Assembly: GCA_965644315.1 (NCBI GenBank)
Contig: CBFFRQ010000020.1
Location: 62,001-126,000, forward strand
Length of the DNA stretch: 64,000 nucleotides
Reading direction: 5' to 3'
DNA from: Caecitellus pseudoparvulus
Lineage: Eukaryota > Protista > Bigyra: Bicosoecida
Made by a program: the position numbers and the translations under genes. Positions 57,001 to 64,000 of the stretch are shown piece after piece. The notes beneath the pieces are model-generated. The model worked only from the letters and a program-made list of their open reading frames with translations, searched no databases and was not told the origin of the DNA. Position 1 is the first letter of the stretch. Every line of letters begins with the position of its first letter.

Positions 57001-58828
57001 CGCGACTGCAGTCATTGCAGGCCCGCCTGCCTCTGCAGATATTGCCAACATCGTGTGCCCCTCGCCACAGTGCCAACTTACGGGCGCCTCATACACGTTC
57101 TTCATCTCCACCCTCATCGCCCACACGCCGTACTGGGTGTGGGTGCGAGCGTGGAACAGCCCTGAGCAGCTGGGCCCGTGGAGCGACCCCGCTGGCCCAG
57201 CAGTTGAGACCTGCCAGCCCGACTCGTACATTGCTGACTTCCGGCACATCACGCAGCAGCAGTGCGTCAAGTGCAATCCCTCTGTCAGGTTGTGCAGTGG
57301 TGGCGGCGCTGCGACAGTGCTGGCCGCTCAAGGCCACGCCGTGACCCCCTGGGATGCGACACGGGTGGACATAATCCCTTGCATCGTCCCGCTTGCTTGC
57401 CAAGGGGGCAGCAACACCACACAGGAGCAGAGCCGATGCCGACCTGGGCACACAGGCGTCCTCTGCAACCGCTGCAAGGCAGGATGGGCCCCCAACGCCG
57501 AGAAGCTGTGTGTGCAGTGTCCACATCCCGCCGTTGGAGTGCTGCAGGCCATCGCCGGGCTGCTCGTCCTGTTGGCCATCATGGCCTTCCTCGTCAGGTC
57601 CGCCCTCAAGGTGGACACGGAGCGGCGGTCCGGCCAGGTGGTCATAAAGAAAGTCGCGCTGAACCACGTCCAGCAAGTGTCCCTCATGCTGGGGTTCAGG
57701 TTCACCTGGCCAGGCTTCATGAACGATTTGCTGCAGTCCATGGACCTGGCTGCCACGGTTGGAGGGGATGTGCTGGCTCCCAGGTGCGCCTTGCCCGACG
57801 CGTACGGCTCGTTCGTCTACACGAGGGCTATCGTGTCCTTGCTTGCGCTGCCGAGCATCGCAGCAGTGGCGGGCACTGTGTTTTGGCTTGGCACCGTCGC
57901 AGCTGGCAAGTTGTCACGCTCGCTGCTGCTCCCGCGCCTCGCCATGACTGCGACTGTTGCCGCGTACGCCTTGCATGTGACGCTGACCCAGGGGGCGCTG
58001 ACACTGTTTATGTGCCGCACGTATGGGGCGTCCTCGAGGTCAAACCGCCTCGTGGGCGACTTGGACATCGACTGCGACGACCCAGCTCACGAAGTGTGGC
58101 AAGGCGCGCTGGGCGTCCCCAGCTTGTTGCTGTTCACGCTGGGCATCCCACTGCTGTTCATCGGGCTACTCTTCAGGCTTCGCCGTAAGCTCAAGTCGCA
58201 TAGCGTTCAGAACCTCTTCGGCTTCATCTTGCGGGGGTACAGCCGGGAGGCGTTCTACTGGGAAGCGGTCATCATGCTGCGCAAGGCGGGGCTGGCGACG
58301 GCCATCACCTTCCTCTCACCCGTCGCGGTCAGTCAGCAGGTGTACGCGGCGCAGGTCATCGTCATCGTCGGTATCATGGTGCAGGTGTACAAGCAGCCGT
58401 TCCGGAAGTTCTACTACAACCGCCTGGAGGAGTGCAGCTTGTGGGTGACGCTGGCCACGCTGTGCTCTGGGCTGTACCTGGCAGATGAAAGCTCCAGCCG
58501 AGTCATGCGGGAGCTTGTTACTGTTGTCGCAGTGGGGGGCAACATTGCCTTCCTCGTCCTCTGCTTCGTCGGCACGGCCAAGAAGTGGTGGGACGCCACA
58601 GTTGGCCCAGCTGTCCAGGAGCGGCTGGAAGGCACGGTGTTGGGGCGCGCCAGCGAGCGTCTCAGTGCAGCTATCCACAAGACGCTCAAGGACGATGCCC
58701 ATTATCGACGCCGTGCCAAGACTGCAGTTGCGTTCGTGAGCACGAACCCCGTGTTCAGCTTGACTCGTGCCCCTGCCGCTGCCTCCCGCCAGCGGAGTTC
58801 GGAGGGCGAAACGAAGCAGACCGCCTGA
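51062..58828 (+). CDS. Receptor-like surface protein: 14 RCC1/BLIP-II repeats, IPT/TIG repeats, FN3-like domain, Cys-rich region, multi-TM domain
   Basis: Fourteen V.aG..H.C.....G...CwG....G.LG units; IPT motifs (GGQRLNINGKNFG, LRGVNFG); FN3-like YWVWVRAWN..GPWS; CRPGHTGVLCNRC; TM domain with RLVGDLDIDC and GYSREAFYWEAVIMLRK. Single exon; the start codon is uncertain. Confidence 0.85.
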   Translation: MGVWYDFLPHSRVHWRATFARGLQRCSTGRGSDLRAAFGSRSYSWIVAARAFLLVVCTCFCQATNPTVQLEPFWGSVDLQLQLAAGVQNGTLLLLCNTSALELLPTMEAPAPFVGMIPDDNFAADRIGVLAFHGWNASDASLTSATLEMRISHPHRPGGIIHVVHPTVISCEHPSRRVNEPCEEAHDSRMLWLRVPQSVLGLTGDTALRVSVLGGSLAANDTISDSSNFTTTLPILRGIRTEASVFLSVSCGTAHSCATRLDGSVVCWGSGAQGVLGQGSTNNIGDSPGELSGDLLVPIGMDIVQVSAGDMHSCAVRASGTVVCWGSGADGLLGYGHDESLGDAPGELHEHLSLDLGGQALEVSAGTTHSCAVRLDHAGSRQVVCWGSGVGLGRTDSASVIVGGSGGDLVTESVVNIGANIAHVAVGTQHSCAVRQDGSVVCWGSDDNGQLGRSTTKDILGAPEDLNNSTSIPLVDCSEAPPGTPVANCSASIAIQVAAGHTHTCVLKASGAVACFGGYIAWGSNSYDVMPAGQPIQGEPWDAEVPAGSNIVHVATGQQHTCLLRDDGGCFCFGRNHGGQLGRGVSSSFGLVDGEITPTTSWDFPTAISFVGAGQRHSCFISIEGGLLCSGIGAGGRLASGSVDNAGTRGGWQVTQLAEKLQPVAWNQALQPQLASRSHAIQVTCGREHACVILKTSRAVFCFGSGSSGRLGTGSSSNVGLDAKQMRADFTVPIGQPIQQVSAGSMMTAALRKDGSVVTWGYGFRGELGYGSPDSIGDAEGELTPETRVELGTSFKFVESGLRSTCAVRLDGSLICWGSNAVGMLGLNSSASQLGSEPGHLTTLSTLSVNVGAVISVGAGETSACALRASLSVVCFGASWNGRLGYGDSIHRGHASTPLGFSDTVPIGAPVVALSVGLKHSCAVVVDGRLTCWGAPQEGALGRPVALGDFGHSSAHVPLLDNGATFGSMRFVSVAAGETHTCAITAGEGELYCWGSGGFGELGLGAPESIGAMEGDIPSRLQPVNIGGGVRQVSAGTKFTCAVKKDSSFLCWGFNQNGQLGLGSADIFGTRPGEITPESMVHLDRPRLLLSSSRFLHPTLSALPFDIDARSAPNLRSVPLLQPQGSLKLESITSIGSGPVTSSRDCPGRAVVAWGGFSLCSYNASLPEWWQRRPTAAIHAVRSEAPGLLPARGGRIVIEGQLNWISQWGGFPSITLLPSNTPCMEATWETWNSLSCETQPLVGSNHSVLLLEQDTSAWIQRVESAPMLHVAAPQIDFAGLDTVQPLVDVVKLDPAGGQRLNINGKNFGHRLDNVSVSLGGLPCLVIVPPAGPFSDTQVTVTSPARSVGPALLVVWVADQQGTYWLEYGQSQVLDVSPRMLQIGADSTSLTYNVTISGTFFGKHVDNITSAEIAGAPCGGLRLEGNKLTQWTLHCAELPASLMRQDAAGVNLTVLGEQVTSDLFTAMPAPTAGMKLGVSTLDGLPPSTTMPTQILLQGQRLGARASDVLSVSLGQCGSCLNPEWQSASAIKCTLPQCVGESVPVVLSLASGHTVAGTVDYEAPDILSVIPNQTFITAAPGTLEFRVCGVAFGLSVENISLSVAEASTSLIGLDGTCVDARIEDTSALLSGEWELALRVGGQLAFMPRALRFIGKPQVAKVFPSQLSTLTGTNVTIEGFDLAPTGLEGDVLSISLGANGTQCSGIRVLNSRQLRCELPPFVGDDLPVTVTTRGGLSDTAKGVFFYPTPFVDFLSPTLVVPGRDAGMFELRGVNFGTWADQVQLNLGGASLRAVNITDTSMWCTLEEGSAWQPGSSLKSLRIGGQTAEFATAVTFAVLDRPRIDSIVPTTLEEGGSFTLKGAFFGWEAADFLQVQVAGAAAACLFDDDTRLLCTMPQRVSIPGGLASNLSCTATNVVGSTQAAQTLAYPVYGVPTVVPQELTVARDNPDAFNTAEARFDLPAAAEAPRAWQLAIAEGEAALEAATAVIAGPPASADIANIVCPSPQCQLTGASYTFFISTLIAHTPYWVWVRAWNSPEQLGPWSDPAGPAVETCQPDSYIADFRHITQQQCVKCNPSVRLCSGGGAATVLAAQGHAVTPWDATRVDIIPCIVPLACQGGSNTTQEQSRCRPGHTGVLCNRCKAGWAPNAEKLCVQCPHPAVGVLQAIAGLLVLLAIMAFLVRSALKVDTERRSGQVVIKKVALNHVQQVSLMLGFRFTWPGFMNDLLQSMDLAATVGGDVLAPRCALPDAYGSFVYTRAIVSLLALPSIAAVAGTVFWLGTVAAGKLSRSLLLPRLAMTATVAAYALHVTLTQGALTLFMCRTYGASSRSNRLVGDLDIDCDDPAHEVWQGALGVPSLLLFTLGIPLLFIGLLFRLRRKLKSHSVQNLFGFILRGYSREAFYWEAVIMLRKAGLATAITFLSPVAVSQQVYAAQVIVIVGIMVQVYKQPFRKFYYNRLEECSLWVTLATLCSGLYLADESSSRVMRELVTVVAVGGNIAFLVLCFVGTAKKWWDATVGPAVQERLEGTVLGRASERLSAAIHKTLKDDAHYRRRAKTAVAFVSTNPVFSLTRAPAAASRQRSSEGETKQTA

Positions 58829-59091
58829 AACGCGGCGAGTTCCCTGCGTCTATCGTCTTTTCTATATGTTTCTCTTCGCGTGCTTTTGCAGAGCAGCATG
58901 ACTCAGCTCCGGGCCGCCTGCCCACGTGGAAGGCCAGGCAAGCTCCGGCCAAGGCATTGCTCTGCACAATTCAGTGTATCCTCTAAACTCCAATACCATC
59001 GTGTTCTGTACATCTCTGGGATGATTTGCAGCGCAGTGCTGTTCCTTGCCGAGGCTGCCACGGAAAATCCTCGCTGACGAGCAACGACAGC

Positions 59092-59730
59092 ATGGCAGAG
59101 GAATCCAGACCTGCTGAAGCTGCCCAAGCAACAGAAAAGGCTGCGGCTGCAGTCCCTGATTCATGTTTTTGCTGCTGTCAGTGTAGACAGCCGCTCTTCT
59201 TCCCTTCTCAACTGTCTGACCATCAGGTGGGGAAGCATGACTTCACTTGGCGTCGGAGGGCCAAGGTGCGGAAATTGGCAACAGGCACACGCTCGCCCCT
59301 ACTGTTGAAACTGAGCTACTGACGTGCCCTGACACAGGACACGAAGTCATTTTCTGGAGCTTCCTTGGCATCCCATCCCACTTCTGAGCTTGACAGTGCG
59401 CGAAGTGCGGACCCAGCGTGCAGCTCTTGGTTCTTGGGCGACTTGGTAAAGTGGATGCGGGCGCAAGTGGGGGAGGAGGCCACGGCAAAACTGCACTGCC
59501 CAAAGTGCGCCGCACGGGTAGGGTCAGTGGTGCTGTATGGATCACAATGCTCCTGTGGTACATGGGTCACTCCGGGTGTGCAGGTGCAGAAGAAGAACGT
59601 TGAATTGCGACGCTTCCCACCAGCTGCAAGTGATATCGTCACCAAGATGCCGGAGGCGAGCAAGCCCGCTGAGCCAACGGCTGCGACGGGTGGGCAGAGA
59701 ACGACCACACCACCCACTTCAACTGACTGA
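59092..59730 (+). CDS. Stand-alone Yvh1/DUSP12-type C-terminal zinc-binding domain protein with no phosphatase domain; exons 59092-59265, 59338-59730
   Basis: C..CRQPLF......H..GKH, CSSWF....WM and KLHCPKCAARVGS....GSQCSCGTWVTP. One 72-nt GT-AG intron containing CTACTGAC, a branch-point-like sequence. Confidence 0.85.
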
Positions 59731-62700
59731 ATCATGTGCAGGCGTTCTTTCGCCTTCAGCAGCTCCTGGCTTGCCTTGCTGCTGCCGCTTGTACCGCTGC
59801 ACATGCTCGAAGTATGGGTGCCGCTCTCGACCTTTGCCCGTACCGGGGATACCTTGCAGGGCTAGAGTGGGTGGCATTGCTGCGGTTTGCACTGCCAGCA
59901 ACGGCCGCAGCGTGCGCAATATGGAGTGGAACAGCCTGGGAGTCTCCTGCTCTTCGGCGGCAAGCAGCAGCTTCATGCGTGCACGTTCAGTCGGCGCGGA
60001 GAAGCAGGCGGGGCAGTTTTCTGCGATGAGCGGCAGGGCTGCCGCGCGAGCAAACGCAGCAATATCACGTTCTCGACAGAGCACGAGCGGCCGCACAATG
60101 CGTATGGGATGGTCAGCTGCGGTGTATGCGGCCTTCATCGTGCCCAGCGTCCCGTTCATGAACGCGTACATGAGAAATGACTCGGCGATGTCATCTAGAT
60201 GCTGCCCCAATGCAAGGACATTAGCTCCCAGTCGTTCGCATGCTGCATACAGAGCGCCCCGCTTGCGTCGGGCACAGAACGCGCACAGTCGGTCGCCTTG
60301 CATGCGCGTGGAGGCATCGCGCAGGATTGCCTCCTCCACGTACTCGTATCTGACCCCGAGGCGGGCAAGGTAGGGCTTGAGCGGAGAGGGGTCGTATTCT
60401 TCAGCTCCTGGGTCAATTGTGGCCGCGACGACATCGAAAGGAAATGCACAAGCCTTCTGCCACTGCAGAAGCGCGTGGAGGAGGGTCATGCTGTCCTTGC
60501 CCCCAGACAACGCCACGCAAACGGTGTCGTGCGGGCGAATCATGTCATAGGACATGATACCGCGCACAGCGTTGCGCATGAGTGCCTTTGGTAGCTCAGT
60601 TGGAGGGGTAGGTGCCTGCATCCACTGCTGTGGCTGAGGCGGCGGCACGGTGGAGGGCAGCGGAGAATGCGACGTAGCCACGCGGCGGCTTTGGTCTGGC
60701 TTCTGTCCTCCCACTCGGAGCAGGTCGGTGAAAGATGGCAAGGAAGCAAAGCTTGGCGAGTCTGGAGTTGTTGCTTCAGGAATGGGGGTGGTCAGTATGC
60801 TCTTTGCGGCCGCTTGGTGCGCCTTGGATAGCCACAGTTGGCGTGAAGGCGGCGCTCGCTCCTCAGGCGCATCAGACGACAGCGCAAACCACCGCAGCGA
60901 CTTGGACAGATCAGCAGCAAATCCAAGGGACTCTATTGTCGCCTTGGGCGCATGATGAATGGTGGCTGCTGCCGTCCGCGCCGCTTCCTCTGCAGCCGCG
61001 AGGCATGCAGCTGCGCCTGGTGCTTCCCGTACGTCAGGCTTCCTTGGCCACGAAACAACACCGCCCTCATAGGTAATTCCATGCAGCCATTTGCGTGGGC
61101 GGGTCTTCTTGTGGCTGGCGCGGTGGCGCCATTCCCCAGTGTGGGGAACTGGAATGTACTGCCGCAACAACTTAGCACCGTGGTCCGCGACCCACTCCAC
61201 GGCTGTCAACACGAAGTCGACTGTGGTTGCTGGGAGGTGGTAGGGCAGAGAGAAGCGAACTACGCCAGGGCGAAGCAATTCAGCACGCTGAAGAAGCCCG
61301 CGTTGCAGTGCCTCCGCCTCTGGCCGCTTCAGCCTGAGCAGTCGCAAAGCGTATGGGCCCGCACACATACACCCGCCTCGACATTGAATACCGAACAGAT
61401 CGTTGAGGAGGGTGACTACAAAGCCCCAGTGTAGCTGGAGGCGCGAGCCACCCTGGGCTCTTTGCCAGCCATCTGGAGACAGGATGGAAAGCGAAATGAT
61501 GGGGAGGCAAGGGGCATCTTGCCTTGGAGGCTTGCTGAACAGGCGGATGTTTGGGTGCGCCTCCAAGCGGCGATGGGCCATAAGAAGGTGCTCCTGTTCT
61601 TTTCTCTTGATGGCAGAGTACCCAACGCCCCTTGATGCGAGGTGGAGCGCCAGTCCTGCCCGAATGCTGCCAAGGATGTCAGGAGTGCCCCCCTCGTTGC
61701 GCTGCTCTTCGCTTTGAAGGTAGGTGGGGGTGCCGTCCTCGTGCACGAAGAAGACTGTACCCCCTCCCGGCGTGGGTGGTGTTTGGTTCCGAAGCAAAAA
61801 GCGCTTGATAACAAGCACCCCCGGTGATCCAGGCCCCCCTACAAACTTGTGGGGCGAGAAAACAACAGCGTCAGTCTCCAGCAGGGCTGGGCGGTCCATG
61901 TCCACGAAAGTGCCGGAAGCAGAGCGGGGCCAAGCATCCTCTTGTCGCATGCGAGCAAGGTCCTCCAAGGACGTGGGGTTCATGGTGATTCCCACATGCG
62001 GGGCAGCTGCTGCGGCATCCAGCGCAGAAATGGCCCCGTACGTGTGGAGCAGTGCAGTTATGGCCGAAATGGGGTTGCAGAGTCCTGTAATGTTGCTAGC
62101 AACAGCAAAAACTCCAATACGAAGCCGCATGGATGCTGCAGCCGAGCTGATGGTGCATCGCTGCCGGCGAGCCTGTTCTAGTGGCGCGGTGCTGGCAAGA
62201 GGTCCATCCTCCACTCTGATCTTGGCTTCGACTGCCAGCGCAGTGCTGGCTGCGGCTGCCGCCCGAGCTGCAACAGCCTTGCGTGTGGCGAGTGGTACAG
62301 CCCAGACACCGTCAACTGCAGCTTTGATCGCGGCTTCTATGGCTTGGCGGGTGGCAACGGTGGCCCCGTCGATGTCTTCTAGGGGAGTGCCTTCGACCGC
62401 CAGGGGGTCTGGGCCGACTCCCCATGAAGCAAGCAAGGCGGCTTCAAGTGCTCCCAGATGCACACCCCCATCAAGGGCCTCCGGCAAGATGATCACCTCA
62501 GCTCCTGCTTCCCTCCAGCCTAGGAGGGAGCTGTGGTGGGAGTACGGCCCAGCCAATACGAGGGGCGGACCCATCTCGGCAGATGCCGGCACGGAGAGGG
62601 AGTGCTGCAAGAGGGCCATGCCGGCAGTGGCACCGGCACCAGCGAACAGAACAACGTCCTGTGGACCCGCGCCAACTGCGCTGGCGACCATCTCCCGCGC

Positions 62701-63065
62701 CTCCTCCCTGAACGCAGTTGTTTGGAAGCCCGTCTGACTGTGAGGTGAGTGCGTGTTTGCGTAAGTGGGCGCCACCTCCTCCTGCAGGTACCGCTCAATG
62801 AACTCCAGTGGCTTGCCCGAGGCCGTGTAGTCAAGGTATATTTGTCGCCGTATGCCGAAGGGCGTTTGAAGGGCACTCTGTGCAAGTGGGCGGGTGCGAT
62901 GCAGCAATCCTCAAGGAAGAGCCAGGCGCTGGCTCCACGTACGTTCTCGCCAACCACGCTTGCATGCACATGCTCAATGAGGCTCAAAGTATGCACATCT
63001 TGGGATGCATCGGTGGCGGTGACGTCCTGCCCGCCCGCAGCTGTGGCTGCAGGCCCGTCGCTCAT
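59719..63065 (-). CDS. Fusion of a class V PLP aminotransferase (cysteine desulfurase-like) and a TtcA tRNA 2-thiocytidine synthase (PP-loop) domain, about 1093 aa; exons 63065-62943, 62877-59719
   Basis: N-terminal part: YLDYTASG, YANTHS, HHS, ASNITG, D.AAAAP, FSPHKFVGGPG (PLP Lys), EGGTP and RGGCMCAGPY (persulfide-Cys region). C-terminal part: VALSGGKDS, CAFCARRKRG, LGQHLDD.AESFLM..F.NG, IVRPL and ENCPAC. One 65-nt GT-AG intron. Confidence 0.92.
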
Positions 63066-63555
63066 GCTGGCACAGAATCCGTGGCTGCGTTTCAGGTCGA
63101 AACTCGACACCCGCGTGCCCTCGCGCAGCGTGCGCAGTGAAGCTCAGACGTTGAAAAGTCTTCACTGCAAGTCAATGCACCATGAACATAGGCTCATCTG
63201 TTGCGAGCCTCTGTGGAGTCGTCTGCCACCCTGAACGGGTGTGGGGCTTGGAGGATTTCGATTGGCGCTGGTGATGCTTCCGTGCCAGCAGGAAAGGCAG
63301 CGAGGACAGCGTGGAAGTGCACAAGCGGCCTGCCCAGTCAGCGCACACTCCCATCCTTGCATTCCTTTGCTGCATTTTGTGTGGCCCCCTGCTTGTGCAC
63401 TTTGGCTGTGCAGGCCGGTTCCCAGCTCAGGAACGCCGCCAATCAAGAGGCCCTTCAAGGAGCCGGGCGACAACACCATGCCTTGGTAGAGTCGAGCCTC
63501 AGAACCAACCAATGTTCGCAGTGCTGCCCTGCAAACATGGCAGGTTGCTGCTCTC

Positions 63556-64000
63556 TCATTCGCCGCTGCCTTCCCCCGCACCCTGGCCATCGTGCGCAGC
63601 GCCAGCGCCGGCGGCCACACGCTCCTTGCGCTCACGTGCTGCGACACTGCGCATGGCTGCCCGCCCTGTGGTGCAGGTGGTGTTGCAACCACACCGCTCG
63701 CACAGCGGGTTGCGGGGCTTGCAGGTCTGCTGGCCGAAGCCGACGAGGAGCAAGTTCACCTCCTCCCACAGGGGTCGAGGCAGCCACTCCTCCAGCGCCG
63801 CCCGGGTGGCCTCTGGAGTTTTCGTGGGTTTGCGCACCCACTTGAGGCGGTTGGCGATGCGGTGCACGTGCACATCCACCCCGATGCCGTCGCACTGGCC
63901 CCATGCGGCGGAGCGGCAGATGTACGCCATCTTGGGGCCCACACCCGGCAACTTGACCATGTCCTCCACCGTGGGGGGGATGTCCCCCCCGTACTCCTGC
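63556..64000 (-). CDS. NTH1: Endonuclease III homolog (HhH-GPD glycosylase), 3' part only
   Basis: Hh[34 protein letters not shown] and the [4Fe-4S] motif C-x6-C-x2-C-x5-C. The gene runs off the window end. Confidence 0.93.
   Translation of the reverse strand, partial: QEYGGDIPPTVEDMVKLPGVGPKMAYICRSAAWGQCDGIGVDVHVHRIANRLKWVRKPTKTPEATRAALEEWLPRPLWEEVNLLLVGFGQQTCKPRNPLCERCGCNTTCTTGRAAMRSVAARERKERVAAGAGAAHDGQGAGEGSGE

Noticed and set aside
59719-63065. Bacterial contamination or a very recent HGT island around the TtcA fusion
   Set aside because: The gene has a spliceosomal intron, host-like Ala/Pro-rich linkers and overlaps a eukaryotic gene. Ancient transfer remains possible.

Overview
This is GC-rich, very gene-dense eukaryotic nuclear DNA from a protist. 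The gene families and intron style suggest a heterotrophic stramenopile-like flagellate, but that is a weak inference. It uses the standard genetic code. I reconstructed 25 protein-coding genes by hand, with about 30 short spliceosomal introns (62-137 nt, strongly 5'-biased). Genes in order: IPT/TIG + Cys-rich + multi-TM surface protein (5'-truncated), PTPA, GT34-like glycosyltransferase, LYAR, protein C10, mitochondrial carrier, Ubl + Nup98-autopeptidase paralog, APC/polyamine permease, PAQR, CCDC59/Fyv7, CCT3, Nup98-Nup96, ankyrin-like protein, CHMP7-like, TraB, HGH1, Cdc7, RBM39, an approx. 3000-aa orphan, a hidden 3-exon profilin-like gene, TDP1, an RCC1-IPT-FN3-multi-TM receptor-like protein, a stand-alone Yvh1/DUSP12 Zn domain, a cysteine desulfurase-TtcA fusion and NTH1 (truncated). 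I found no supportable RNA gene, transposon or CRISPR array. The most striking signal is the Nup98-96. It has an intact GLEBS motif, autoprotease HFS site and Nup96 region, but its repeat domain has no FG motifs and instead carries about 50 GLMG/GLLG repeats. It also has a ubiquitin-like insertion, and about 6 kb away lies a repeat-less, catalytically dead Ubl + autopeptidase-domain paralog. Together these suggest a rewired nuclear-pore barrier. Also notable are a desulfurase-TtcA fusion that could be a self-contained tRNA thiolase, an RBM39 whose RS domain is replaced by RYDD repeats, and three convergent gene pairs whose coding sequences overlap. All exon models and family calls come from manual reading and motif recognition, not database searches.
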